Assembly: GCF_006345805.1 (NCBI RefSeq)
Contig: NC_042998.1
Coordinates: 137,144,001 to 137,208,000 of the forward strand
DNA length: 64,000 nucleotides
Origin: Octopus sinensis
Taxonomy: Eukaryota
Direction of reading: 5' to 3'
Position numbers and translations under genes: made by a program
Part shown: positions 1 through 13,399 of the stretch, piece by piece
Position numbering within the stretch: the first letter of the stretch is position 1
Layout: the number at the start of each line of letters is the position of its first letter
The notes under the pieces: generated by a model
Database searches by the model: none
Told to the model about the DNA's origin: nothing
The model's input: only the letters and a program-made list of their open reading frames with translations

Positions 1-8
1 AAATTTGT

Positions 9-627
9 TTGTTCAGATCAAAAAGGCTATTAAACATAGTTAAAAACACCGAACATGAAATGATTTCTTGTTGTTGTTTTTTTTTTCTTTTTTCAGATGA
101 GAAAAACTCTGACCAGGACCAGAAGATTAACAGAAAATTTGACAAATGGTTATGTTCAGGCCCTTCTGAAGTTCCAACAATCATGCACACAAAATTTGGC
201 TTTAGGAGTTGTCTCTAATGAAGGACAATGTGATGCCTCCTCACTTCTTTCCAGAAGGCCTTAGAGTTAACTCTGCTGGTTACGTGGAGGTCCTGGAAAC
301 AGAGTATGCAATGGAAAGTCGTACGTGCTTCAGTAGGACTCTGCGCCGTCACATAAGGCTCAAGTAACCCAAGAACGGATGGGTGACAATTTTCCTTACC
401 ACATTTGGCTTCCAAACTCACCAGATTTCAATCCATTGGACTACTATGTGTGGAGCGTTGTTGAGAGAGAGATCAACCAACATCCCCATGACGCCAAGGA
501 TTCCTTGAAAGCCGCTATAATAAGAGTAATGTCCAATATGATCTAGGAGCATTTGACTCGAGTGTGTAGACGATTCAGATCTCGCATAGAAGCAGTTATT
601 GATGCTGAAGGTGGCAACATTGAATAA
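9..627 (+). pseudogene. IS630-Tc1-mariner transposase relic, probably maT (DD37D) family
   Basis: Manual translation across frameshifts gives FSDEKN..Q..N..D.WL, GVVSNEG.VMPPHFF.EGLRVNS..YVEVLE, Q*DSAPSHKA, W.PNSPDFNPLDYYVWS and RIEAVIDAEGGNIE*. In-frame stops and a short deletion lie between the second and third catalytic Asp. Confidence 0.85.
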
Positions 628-886
628 GATTACAGAGAAGATAATCTAGCTTATATGTACAAAAGTTTTCATTAATAAAGTTATTTTTCTGTTATTATAT
701 GTATGCTTTTCTAAAAAGAGCAAGTATATCTAATTCTTTTTAGGAGTAGTGGATCTCGAAGCAAACATAAATCTTTGAATAAACACCATGTAAATATTGT
801 ACTGAAAAAACTTTTCGGACAGAAAATGTCGTAGGACAAGAAACCACACATCCTGTAGACATAACAGACATTCTATCTTTGAACGC

Positions 887-927
<41 letters not shown>

Positions 928-1173
928 GTGTAACATCGTCCGTTTTTCCGTCCTTGTTTCGTATACATTCGAAGCTTTTTTCCAAGGAATCTAATGCTCT
1001 TAGCTTGGTTTTTTCCTTGGGGCTGGCCAGATTGGAGCAATCTCAAAATAAATGAACCGAAATTGCGAGGATGATCCGGTTCGTGACTGAAGATTAAAGG
1101 CTTCGAATGACCCGTCCGTGTTTTTTGTATCGTCTATCTGGATGTTTTGCGTTCTTGCCCCATTTTGTATTTA

Positions 1174-1222
<49 letters not shown>

Positions 1223-1654
1223 GCAAACACAAACACACACACAAACAGAGATACATACATATATTATCCAGTATATGAAGCTGATACACACAACACACAC
1301 ACGCACATACATAAATATATGTAGAAGAATGAAACAGAAGTAGCAGATAGAAAAAGGTGTGGGCGATACACACAGATAGAACAAAATTTTTAAGATATCC
1401 CACAAAAACAAAATGCATCTTTTCAAAAACCCGAACAGAAAGCACATATGTTTAACAAGAGGTTATTGTAAATTGTGTGAATTACATAATAGTTTTAAAT
1501 GGAGCCGGTTAAATGTCGAAAGAAGAGGTGGGAGAAAAGGATAAAGTCTCGTCGTATTTAGCCTGCTGTGGTGGTATTTGTGACAACACAAACCGACTTC
1601 TGTTCACAGTTTTCTCAACTGGAACGGGGAAAAACTGTGTTAGTCGCACTAGGT

Positions 1655-1920
1655 AATAACCTACTACTACTACTATTACCGCTGCTGTCGCTGCTACTAT
1701 TACTTCAACTAGTACGGCTACTACAACCACTACTGCTGTTGCTGTTATTACTACTACTAATGTTACTACTACTACTACTACGACGACGACGACGACGACG
1801 ATGACTACGACTATTACATATAATGCTGCTGCTACAACTACTGCCACTTACTACTAATACTACTTGTACAATTAATGCTGCTATAAATACCGATGATGAT
1901 GATGATGATGATGATAACAA
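1655..1920. repeat. Compound trinucleotide microsatellite (CTA/CTG/GAC/GAT)
   Basis: Direct reading; explains the poly-V/L/S ORFs. Confidence 0.9.
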
Positions 1921-4900
1921 CGTCGACGAAACTTTGATGAAGATGTAATGATCATTTCTACTATAGGCACAAAGTCTGAAATTTGAGGAAAGGGGCTATT
2001 CGATTACACGATTCTCAGTGCTCAACTGATAACTCATTTTATCGAACCCGAAAGGATGAAAGGCAAGGTTGACCTCGACGTAATTTGAACTCAGAATGTA
2101 ACATCGAGCGATCCGGTGCAGTAACGATTCTGCCAACTCTTCGCCTGAAAAGAAGACAGTAATACTAAAATAATAATTTCTGGTAGAAACACAGACTAAT
2201 CTTCCCCTGTTTTCAACTAACAACGTTTGAAAACTGATGTGGAATTCGATGTGATTTGAACTCAGAATGCAGGTTTATTTTTGTTTAATGTACTTATTAT
2301 AAACTGTTGATTAAACAGAATATCGGTACTTGACTGGAGCTCATTTCTCCAATCTAGGAAGGGCGAAGGTCAAAGGTGATCTCGGTTTCTCTGGACACAC
2401 TTTCATACACTGGAAAGCCTACGATTCACACACACATACACACACGCACGCACGCACAGAAGATACTGTGTGGTTTAGTTATTACATGGTTACCAGGTTT
2501 CCAGCACAGCTCACTCGAAATCTCTCCATATAAACTGAACAAATTGTTTTATGTACCTCCACCAGACCTTTTAAGCAACATCACCATTCTGCACTATATC
2601 CGGTGGTTGGAATCGAACCGTGCGTCTTCTAACTACATAAGTTGTGTATGCTGGTGGCCGAAATATGCCAAGAGTGGTCACTGTATTGACAGTGAACGAA
2701 CTCACTTCCCGTTGCTTCCAAATTTATTCACTTAATTTTAATCAACATTTGGCGGTTGTCTTTCCTGGCTCTTTTTACTGAATAAGTCATTTAGACGATT
2801 GTTCTCATCACTCAGTGTAAATTTAATTAGTCTGAATTTTTTTGTTTACTACATCAAGTATACTAGCGGGCATTTCCAATCATATAATTATATATATTGT
2901 ACATTTGTAAACAGTCGCTAGTGTTGATGACTGTTAGCCTAATCACAGAATCATCATCATCATCATCATCATCATCAAGCACTGAACATTACTGTTTTGT
3001 GTCCTAAGACTCATAGGAGAGGTTACTCAGTTTCCATGATAAACAAATGACCGAGATCACAACATCTCCCCTGAACAGGACATCAGTCCTTCTTAGAGTT
3101 ACTCATTTACAGTTGAGTGTACTGCGGCAACGTGAAATGAAATGCTTAGCTCATTTCCGGTCCGGGAATCGAAACTACAATCTTTCAATTGTGAGTGCAA
3201 CATCCTGACCACTAGGCCACACGCTGTCACAAATCACAGAATGGTACTAACGAAATGAAAAATGTGATAAAATAACCCCCAGAAACCCCAAAATAATTTC
3301 GAAAAGAAGAAATTAAATGCTAAACTCTCTCACAATCCCATTTAACATACCACTTTGAGCAAACATCTTTTGATCAGCGATTAGATCGAAGAGCCGTGAG
3401 GTAGTCTTAAATTAGTGGTATTTGATACTCCAAAACAAAACCATGGCTTGCTTCATAAACACAGACACGACTGACTGAATGAAAGTGATTGCCGATGGTG
3501 AATTGACAAAGCTAAAGAATTACAAATCCATACAGACCGGAATCAATCAATAGAGTTCTTTGAATTTCTTTGAAATATCTTTGAGTTACAAACAGGATGG
3601 AAATGATACCAATTTAAATCTGCAGATGGAGATCTGCCTCTAATCGAAGTGTTATACAAGACAGATGGCACGAACATTTGAAAAAAAAAACTTACTTCAA
3701 CTCTCATCCTTCTATGACCGAAAAAATATTACCAGACATGTAATAGGGTCGATTCCATCAAGGATATCCTTACTCTACAAATGTGTGTCTTTGTGTCAAT
3801 GTGAGAAGAAATTTGCACCTTTGAGTTGCTGTTGTGGCTCTTGCTATGACTTGTTGTGACTCTCCTTATCCTTATTGATGTTGTGGCTTTTATCGCTTTT
3901 CCTCTTGTATAATGGTCATCTGAGATATTGCTTACATTAAGGACGGATATGGTTCGATGTAATTCTGTCTTAACATCACAGAAGTATCAAACTGCCCTTT
4001 GCATTTAATGCTGTACTACAACCCCTCTCTAATCTGCTCTTCCCCAAATTATCAAATGCATAAAAAAGATTGCAATACTTTTTCTAAAGTAGAACACAAA
4101 GCACAAAATATGAAGGTAGGAATATCCTTCTATGAGACTCAATATCATTCTAAATGAATTAGAACGTTTCGATAGTTGGTTTAGTAGGGAAGACACGGGA
4201 GAAAAGATGTTACAACCAAGAATGACACTATAAACCGTAAATTAAAAACAGTAGAGACTGTGGTAACTAGTTGCGCCGAATTTGTAATAGCCAACAATAT
4301 TTTAATAAAATCAAGAAAAAGAATTCAAATGCGGAGTTCTAACAAAACTTTTTATCTCTTCTCCTAGCAACAAACTAAATTATTTAGTTTTGTATAAATT
4401 TTATGGCAAACGATACTGTTAGACCTTATTTTAATCAAAAGAATTATGCAGTTAATGTGCATGTAATGGGTTCTTTGCTGTAATGAAAATCTGGCATAAG
4501 TTTTACTTTGTAGAAATGCCATATTGATTTTCAATGTAGACTGCCAAATATATTCCTGCTTAATACATGTAAAGAAGATGGTGAGCTGGCAGAATCATTA
4601 ATGTATTGGACAAAAATGTTTAGCAGCATTTCTTCCGGTCCTTTACGTTCTGAGTTCAAATTTCGCCGAGCTCGGCCTTCGATTAGACCCTCTCCTCAAA
4701 ATGTTGACCTTCTACCAAGAATAGAAAGAAATATTTGTAAACAAGGAAATCGCAGTCGATTCATCTACAGTAGGATTTTTAATTATGTTCGAATTACCAA
4801 TCGCCACAGGGAAAGGAATTAATAGCCAGAATAAATTCTCCCATGACATTTAAATGAATATAACCATACTAAAACATACCAAAGAATTATGACTAATTCT

Positions 4901-5750
4901 GACAAATAGAAACAATGAAGCGAACAAAATATGAAATCACAAGTCACCTTAAAAGCATTATTTATTAAAACTAAATGTCAACAAACTCTAAAATAAGTTT
5001 AAGAAAGTGAAATATAAATAAAGAAAATATTCTAAGAGGTAGAAGGAAAAGCAGTTACAAAATAGTTACAAAACCATTTTTTGACTGCATATGCGTGTGT
5101 ATGCATATATAAATATATTTATATATTCTTTTATTCTTTTATTTGTTTCAGTCATTTGACTGCGGCCATGCTGAGCACCACCTTTAGTCTAACAAATCCA
5201 TCCCAGAACTTATTCTTTGTAACCCTAGTAGAGACTTTTGCAATTCGTTCAAAATTCATATTTATTATAAAATAAAACTCGTAAACCCGAGGTCTCGTAA
5301 AGTGTGTCCCCGTAAAGTGAGGTATGTATGTGTATGTATGTATGTATACATATATATGTGTGTATATATTACTTCTAACCTTATAGTAGTTAGGAACAGC
5401 CATATCTTGGTCAGTCAGTGGAAGGACTTCACTACCTCATATGTTCTTAAAATTTAAATCTACATATTTGTCAGTATATCTACCTTCTCTATAATGTTGC
5501 CACTTGATTTGAAAACTTTTGTATTAATGGAAAACCTCTATAATTGGCTGATGAGTACTCAGCATCTTAAATCTTACAACATTTAATAAAATGATGTAGT
5601 ACGAAACGATTGTACCAAATTACCGGAGTCATTCTTGTTGCTTATTTTGATTATAATCACCCCACAAATTTTTATGGATAACACCATACAAAATTCTGGT
5701 GCATCTAAATTAAGTACCATATTCATTCGAATCTAAATTTTTGCTGAACT

Positions 5751-5781
<31 letters not shown>

Positions 5782-6768
5782 ATATATATATAATGGTAAT
5801 AGTAATATATGTGTAAAATGGTTGAATTAGATTAGTCCTTTAATTTGGAGGTTTCCAAAAACAGATTTCTAATATAGATTCTTCATATTTTCTGGTAGCT
5901 TACTGGCGTAAGATTGCGAATATGAAAATAATACTTGTATATGGTGTATTGCAAATTTACGGGGAAAATTCCCATAAAACTCAACAATTTTGATAAAAAT
6001 AGAGAAGAGAAGGTGTTAGAATATATAAAAGAAGTTTAGATCTTCTGGTTCGACCTCGCTGAGCGTCTCCTCGGTTGAAGTTATTCCACAGTTGGACCGA
6101 TGAATTTCACTAGAACACGAACTCTCATTTATAGGAATCAACAAATAATGTTTCTATTCATTGTTAATATGTTCTGGAAGATTCGAACGTAAAGGCGTTA
6201 TCGCTGTTATTTCTCGCCACCACAGACCACCTTGATGTATGTTCATAGTAGACGTGATGCCTGAGCGATCAAATATTCCCGTCCAAACTTACCAGAACGT
6301 ATTAAGATTGAATAGATATATCATATACTAATTTTCACTTCTTTATTTCATACCTTTGAAAAAACGCAATAGTATTGACATTTGTACAACTACCAGTTAT
6401 TTCATTTATATAAATTTTATTCACTCTGCTCTTTCTGAAATTAAGTCCATTTTTCTTTTTTTCAGTCTTTGTACAGAGGATGGAATCCTCTTCAAGAATA
6501 ATTTCTTATAAATGTACTTTTCTACAAATGCTTCAACATTTTGCTGTGCCGAGTACAAAGTCAGAAATCTCACACGTGAATCATTAGACAAATGGTCAAT
6601 CCATTAAGATCTAAGACATTAGAACATTGATGCGTGTAGATCAAAATTCAACACAACTACCAAGAAATACCTGTCATTGAAATTCTCTCTGAAATGATTC
6701 GACCTCTTAAAAATTAAAGCACGCTATAAAAATAAAAATAAAACTACTGAATAATAATAATAATAATA

Positions 6769-6834
<66 letters not shown>

Positions 6835-6837
<3 letters not shown>

Positions 6838-9800
6838 TAGTTTTATTTTTATAGCGTGCTTTCACTTCACTACCGAGCGCAGCTCTGTGTGCCTTGGGTA
6901 TGTGCTGTGATTTGTTGTGATGCTCTGATGGTTATTGTATGGAAAGTGTTCTGCGTAGGATGTGTGCAGTGCCTAGTAGTGCAATTTTCTGTATGTTATA
7001 TGTGTTTGTAAGTCCTGGTGTTTTTGTTATGTATTTGTCTGAATATTTTTTTATCATGCCTAATGCACCTACTATGATAGGAATTGTTTCTGTTTTCAGG
7101 TTCCACATTCTAGTTACCTCTATTTCCAGGTCTTTGTATTTTGAGAGTTTCTCCATTTCTTTTAGAGACACATTGTCATCTGCCGGTATTGATACATCAA
7201 TTAGAAAGCATTTTTTTTCTTCATGATCTCTGACAACTATATCTGGTCTGTTGGCCTTAATTTCTCTATCTGTGTGTATCGGCATATCCTAGAGTATGGT
7301 TGCTTTCTCGTTTTCTGTGACCTTTTCTGGTGTGTGCCTATACCATCTTTTTTCTGTTGTTATTCCATAATGTTGGCATAGCTTCCAGTGTATGTAGGTT
7401 CCAACTCTGTCATGTCTGTGAATATATTCCTTCTTAGCCAGGACTGGGCAGCTAGAGATAATATGATTTATTGTTTCTTGTCCATCTCCACATATTCTGC
7501 AGTTACTTGTAATATTTCTTTTCATTACATGTTTTTGGTAATTTCTGGTGGGGGAGGCTTTGGTCTTGTGCTGCAATTAAAAATCCCTCTGTTTCTGCTT
7601 TGAGTCCTCAGCTTCTCAACCATTGCTGGGATTTTTCTTTGTCTATTTCTTTTGCGTTTAGTTTAGTGCAGTATTTACCATGAAGGGGTTTTTCTTGCCA
7701 TCGTTTTATCATGGCTCGTTGCTGTTCCATTTTTAGTTTGGATTTCATTTGTTTTATAGCTTTTGTTTTTAAATTCATCATCTTCTTCTTCTTCTTTGTG
7801 TTTATTAGGTGGTATGATTTCTTGTTTGTATTTGTCAGCTTCCTTAAATACTGAGAACAGATTTTTGTTTTTCTCGTGTTTTGCTGCTATCTGGATCAGT
7901 TTTCCTTCCTTCTGAAGTAGGTATTTTTGCAGTCCTATGGTGGTTATTTTATAGTAGTTTTCCAGCTGTATAAGGTCTCTACCACCTTCTATACGTTGTA
8001 TATATAGTCTTTCTATGTCAGATTTTGGGTGATGCATCCTAGATCCTGTCAGTATTTTTCTTGTTTTCCTATCTATTTTGGACAGTTCATTTCGTGTCCA
8101 GTTAAGGATATTGTAGCTGTAACTTATAACTGGGACAGCTAAAGTGTTGATACCTATTATCTTGTTTTTAGCATTGAGCTCTGTTTTTAGTATTGATCTA
8201 ACTCGTCTATAATATTCTTTTTTTATTTTCTCTTTCATTTGTGTGTGTTGTGTCTTATCTAGTTCATGGATACCTAAGTATTTGTAAGTTTGGCTTTGGT
8301 CTAATTCTTTTATTTCATTGGTTTTATCTAGTGTGATGTTGTTACTCTTAACTAGTTTTCCTCTTTTCATGGTTACTTTGGCGCATTTTTCTAATCCAAA
8401 TTTCATATCTATTTCTTTGGTAAATCCATGAACTGTCTTTAATAGTGTTTCCAGCTGTTTGTCATTTGCAGCGTATAGTTTTAGGTCATCCATATATAAA
8501 AGGTGGCTGATCGTTTTGCCGTAACATTTATATCCGCATCCAGTTCTATTTAGCATATCAGATAGAGGTGACAGTGCCAAGCAGAAAAGGAGTGGAGAGA
8601 GCGTGTCTCCCTGGAATATTCCTCTTCTAATGGGGATGTCTTTGGTTTTCATGAGTCCCTCTTTTGTTTGGAGGTGTAGGACTGTTTGCCATTTATTCAT
8701 AGAGTGCTCTATAAATTTTATGATTGTTGGTGCTACTTTGTTAATGGCTAGTGTTTCGAGGATCCATGTGTGGGGGATGCTATCAAACGCCTTTTTGTAG
8801 TCAATCCAGGCCATACTGAGGCCTTTCTTCTTTCTGTGGCTGTCTTCAGTTACGGCTTTATTAATCATTAGTTGATCTTTACAGCCATATGAGCCCTTGC
8901 GGCATCCTTTCTGCTCTTCTGGGAACAGTTTGTTTTCGTCCAGGTGCTTGTTCAGCCTTTGCGATATCACTGCAGTAAATGCCTTGAACATAGTAGGGAG
9001 GCAGGTTATTGGTCTGTAGTTTTCTGGTTTTGTTGTTTCATTTGATTTGGGAATTAAGATGGTTTTCCCCTTCGTGAGCCATTCAGGCATTGTCTCTGGC
9101 TCTGCTAGTATGCTGTTAAAGTTTTCAGCCAGCTTTTTGTGCATTCCTGTTAGATATTTCAACCAGAAGTTGGAGATCTTGTCATGCCCAGGTGCCTTCC
9201 AGTTGCTTAGTTTTTGCAGTGCCTGGGTGACCTCTTCAGTTGTTATGGGGGTCCAAAGTTGTTCAGATGCCGAGTTTGTTATTTTGATACTCCTTTTTTT
9301 TGGCTGTTCGTTCGCCGACCATATTTCTTTCCAGAATTCTTCCAATACTTCTGCCGTTGGTGCTGCAGTGACTTCTATTTTATTTTTGCCCAGTTCTTGG
9401 TAGAACTTTTTGGGGTCGAAGTTGAACTTTTTGTTCTGTTCAAAGAAGCGTTGGCGTTTCTCGTACCGGCGGATCCTTTGAGCTTTGGCAAGGATATCTT
9501 GCTTCAGCTTTTCTTTTATCTCCGGCAAATCTTTTTCTGTGATGTTATATTTGCGGAGCATTTTTGGTCTCTTTTTGTTGCTCAGTAGCGTTGCTTGTTT
9601 GCTGATTTCATTAAGAATCGACAGGTCTTTTCTAATTTTTTTTATTTTGTTTTGGATGTTATTTATCCACAGGGTTTGTTTGGGTGGTGGTACTCCTGTT
9701 TGGGTGGGTTTGGGTGAGTATCCAGCTTCTTTTGTGGCTGCAGTGGCTGCTGCGTATATCAAGTCATTTAGTTCAGTGATATCACTTTTTTTTGTTTCAG

Positions 9801-10473
9801 TGGCTAGTTCAGTGACGGCTAGGTTTATGTTGTTTATAATTGGTGTTGTTATTGCGTTTATTTTTATTCTTGGGAGGTATGGTCGGTGGTCCATTTTGAG
9901 CTCTGTGGTTTTTAGTTCTTTGATTATTTTATTTTTTATTTTTTATATTATCATAATCATTAGGCTCCCCTTCGTTGTTTACATCGTGTTTGTTGGGAAT
10001 GTTGCGTTTGTCTTCGTGTTTTACAGTTTCAGTGTTTATATTGTTGTGTGGCTTCTATCTACATTTTCTTGGTGTATTTTTTCTTTTAAATGTTCTATTT
10101 CTATTTCTGATATTTTTTTGGCTTTGAGAATGTATCTTCGTACGTTAGCTAATTTATTAGGGTTCATTGCTGTATCCAAGTCTATATCTCTATTATTTTC
10201 CTTCCATATTTTATATGTATGTGTTGTTGTATTTTCATTTTGTGGGTAGAGCATTGCTGTGAAGTATGCGTGTAAGATAGAAATGTATTCCTCACGTGTC
10301 CATTTACGTCTTTTGGGTTTTAATTGCGGGACATGAGGTACAACGTCCGGCCCATTATTTTGACGGTCGTCATTTTCGTAGAGTACCGGTCCGTTTATTT
10401 CTGTTGTCACATTATTTCGCACGTGTAGTTTTTCGTACATTTTTTGTTGTAGGTTTAATGTACGTACCACTCG
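6835..10473 (-). mobile_element. R4/Dong-clade non-LTR retrotransposon (RT plus restriction-like endonuclease), near full length, inactivated
   Basis: Four collinear ORF pieces: 10470-10036 (N-terminal RRKWTREE), 9894-7675 (RT: NYRPITCL, DYKKAFDS, GIFQGDTLSP, LYMDDLKL), 7576-7289 (CRICG..ETINHI..C knuckle) and 7285-6932 (RPD..LIDV..EKLSKY RLE). R4-type LHG / WL..GLKAETEG..A.QDQ segment is present. Frameshifts near 10036, 9945 and 7760; nonsense codons near 7610 and 7287. Short 3' UTR; (TAA)n on both sides. Confidence 0.92.
7675..9894 (-). CDS. Reverse transcriptase portion of the R4/Dong ORF (739-aa open segment of a broken ORF)
   Basis: Non-LTR RT motifs KAPGHD, NYRPITCL, EQKGCR, DYKKAFDS, QGD.LSP, YMDD, YKYLG. 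Confidence 0.9.
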   Translation of the reverse strand: MDHRPYLPRIKINAITTPIINNINLAVTELATETKKSDITELNDLIYAAATAATKEAGYSPKPTQTGVPPPKQTLWINNIQNKIKKIRKDLSILNEISKQATLLSNKKRPKMLRKYNITEKDLPEIKEKLKQDILAKAQRIRRYEKRQRFFEQNKKFNFDPKKFYQELGKNKIEVTAAPTAEVLEEFWKEIWSANEQPKKRSIKITNSASEQLWTPITTEEVTQALQKLSNWKAPGHDKISNFWLKYLTGMHKKLAENFNSILAEPETMPEWLTKGKTILIPKSNETTKPENYRPITCLPTMFKAFTAVISQRLNKHLDENKLFPEEQKGCRKGSYGCKDQLMINKAVTEDSHRKKKGLSMAWIDYKKAFDSIPHTWILETLAINKVAPTIIKFIEHSMNKWQTVLHLQTKEGLMKTKDIPIRRGIFQGDTLSPLLFCLALSPLSDMLNRTGCGYKCYGKTISHLLYMDDLKLYAANDKQLETLLKTVHGFTKEIDMKFGLEKCAKVTMKRGKLVKSNNITLDKTNEIKELDQSQTYKYLGIHELDKTQHTQMKEKIKKEYYRRVRSILKTELNAKNKIIGINTLAVPVISYSYNILNWTRNELSKIDRKTRKILTGSRMHHPKSDIERLYIQRIEGGRDLIQLENYYKITTIGLQKYLLQKEGKLIQIAAKHEKNKNLFSVFKEADKYKQEIIPPNKHKEEEEDDEFKNKSYKTNEIQTKNGTATSHDKTMARKTPSW

Positions 10474-10482
10474 ATTATTATT

Positions 10483-10513
<31 letters not shown>

Positions 10514-10550
10514 TTATTATTATTGTTATTATTATTATTATTTAGTTAGT

Positions 10551-11962
10551 TAGTTAGTTAGTTAATTTGGCTCAAAAGCAAATAGCAAGGCCATGTAGGG
10601 GGACATGGAGTTAAGTACAGGGTGGTGTTCATGTAAAGAGTTCAGGCCACTTGAGGTCCAGGGAGGCTTTGAACAAAGCGGTCGTCGGCATCTTCACCAT
10701 CTCGTCTGGCAGCTTGTTCCACGGATCCGCAACCCGGACGGAGAAAGCTCCTCTCCTTCGATTGAGATGAAATCGTCGCAGGTAGAGCTTTCGGAATGAC
10801 CCCGCAGCCGACGCTCCGGAGCAGGAGTGAAGAACAGCTCTTTCGAGAGGTTACACTTCCCGCTTATGATGTTGTGGGCGAGAATGAGATCACCACGGCG
10901 GCGGCGTTTTTCAAGAGAATAAAGGTCGAGCGTCCTCAGCCTTTCTTCGTAGGACAAATTTTTGAGACCATGAACCATGCGGGTAGCCAGCCTCTGGACT
11001 CTTTCGAGATGCTGTATGTCTTTGAGGAGATAAGGAGAAGAGGCTTGAATCCCATACTCCAATATGGGTCTCACCAGCGTGACATAGAGTGGCAGGAATA
11101 TGGCTGCTGTGAGCATTCCGAATGACCGTCGAATCAAAAACAGAATTCCGCGCGCTTTGTTGGCAGCATGGACGCACTGGGCCGAAGGCGAAAAGGAGGA
11201 ATCCACCAAGATACCCAGGTCCTTTACCTGATCGGTCCTCTCCAGCAGCAGACGACCCGGCTCGAAATCAAGTTGAGTTGCAGGAGTAGAGCCGACAGGC
11301 AGATGACAGCACTTTGACACGTTCAGACACAGGTCCCAATCGTTAGACCACTTCCAAATTTGGTGGAGGCATCGACGAAGATCCTCTATACTACCGCGAG
11401 GAGCGACCAGTTTGATATCGTCGGCAAATAGAAGGGTGTGTTGCGTGAGGTCGTCGGGCAAGTCATTTATGAAGGCTAAGAACAACAAGGGCCCAAGCAC
11501 TGAACCTTGAGGCACGCCACTGCTCGCACTGGAGACGTCGGACCGCGAACCATTAACTTGAACTTGGAAGGAGCGATCTGAGAGGAAGGCACCAACCCAT
11601 CGTACAATATCCGGATGGAAACTATATGCTTGAAGCTTGACAAGTAGTAGGCGGTGGTTTACCGAGTCAAAAGCTTTGGCAAAGTCCAATAAAACGATGT
11701 CAACAGCATCACTATCATCGAGGATGCGCGTCACCAATTCTTCCATTACTAGTAAGTTGGTCAAGCATGATCTCTTCGGCACGAAGCCGTGTTGGGAATC
11801 AGTGATCGAGGCTGTGTTTAGGAGGTGGAGCATCATACTTTTCTTAAGGATGGTTTCGAACATCTTGCTGATTATTGATGTAAGGGAAACCGGTCGGTAG
11901 TTAAGCGGGTCTTCGCGGCTCCCTTTCTTGAAAATTGGGCAGATTATCGCTGTTCTCCAGTG
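10551..11962 (-). mobile_element. 5'-truncated CR1-clade LINE (RT and 3' end)
   Basis: NYRPVSLTS, QHGF, DFAKAFDSV, SGVPQGSVLGPLLF, FADD, LERVQR.ATR, LEKRR.RGDLI. A 1-nt deletion near 10790 shifts the C-terminus (true end WNKLP...ELFT* at 10629-10631). (TAAC)n tail at 10551-10565. Confidence 0.92.
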
Positions 11963-12530
11963 GCCGCGAGCTGGCAGAATCGTTAGCACGCCGGGCGAAA
12001 TGCTTAGCAGTATTTCGTCTGCCGCTACGTTCTGAGTTCAAAATAAGTACCAGATTAAATAAGTACCAGTTGCGCACTGGGGTCGATGCAATAGACTTCA
12101 TCCGTTTGTCTGTCCTTGTTTGTTCTCTCTGTGTTTAGCCTCATGTGGGTAGTAAAGAAATAGGTATTTCGCCCGTCGCTATGCTCTGAGTTCAAATTCC
12201 GCCAAAGTCGACTTTACCTTTCATCCTTTCAAGGTTGATAAAATAAGTATCAGTTGAACACTGGGATCGATATAATCGTCTCTTCCCCACCTCCACCAAG
12301 CTGCCCTTGTGGCAAAAATTTGAAATTGTAATTATTATTATTACTATTATTATTATTAAGGCAGCGAGCTTAGTGGTATTCCGCCCCTCGCTACGTTCTG
12401 AGTTCAAATTTCGCCGAGCTTGACTTGCCCTTTCATCTTTTCGGGGTCCATAAATTAAGTAACAGTTCAGTAATCGAATTAAGCCCTCCCCACAAATTTC
12501 AGGCCTTGTACCTATAGAAAAAAGAATCGT
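11963..12530 (+). mobile_element. tRNA-derived SINE family 1, tandem cluster
   Basis: Head GGCGAGCTGGCAGAATCG (A-box-like), GAGTTCAAATTCC (B-box-like), core GCCTTTCATCCTTTCGGGGTCGATAAA..AAGTACCAG. The same sequence recurs many times in the window. Confidence 0.85.
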
Positions 12531-13033
12531 TTTTTTTTTTTTTACAGAACTTGCTGTGTGTGTTTCTGCTACCATATGAGAGATATTGAATCAAATGCAT
12601 TCATGATCACGTTTTAATATGACTAGTTACCTCAAAGTCATAAAAACAAAAATAACGTGTTATTTTTATTTTTCACATAATACATAGCTGTGAAATTATT
12701 CTGGAAGAAAACGAAAAACCAGTTTGGTAACTATAAATAACTATAGTTACGAAAACTATTTTTGTTGTTCTTTTCGAGAAATAATTTACTATAAATGTTT
12801 TATATGCATATAAATATATATTTATAAAAGAATCCTAAAATAGTTTAGCATGAGAATCAACAGACATGAAACAGTTAAGAAGATAATATATTAGGTGTAA
12901 ATTCAAACCTTTCACTCAATATTTCCTACTCTGTTACGAATAGAAATTGGCTGTCTGGGAAAAAGCTAAGCAGAGCTGAACTCTTTCACCACCACTTTCT
13001 CTCACCTTTTGTTGTAACCGACGGAGTGCCACA

Positions 13034-13399
<366 letters not shown>

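Noticed and set aside
9485-10249. 254-aa hydrophobic ORF on the plus strand resembling a membrane protein
   Set aside because: Antisense shadow of the A-rich Dong ORF; the same applies to 24704-25255 and 52507-53046.
11963-12050. tRNA gene
   Set aside because: A- and B-box-like motifs are present, but there is no cloverleaf and it continues into a SINE core.
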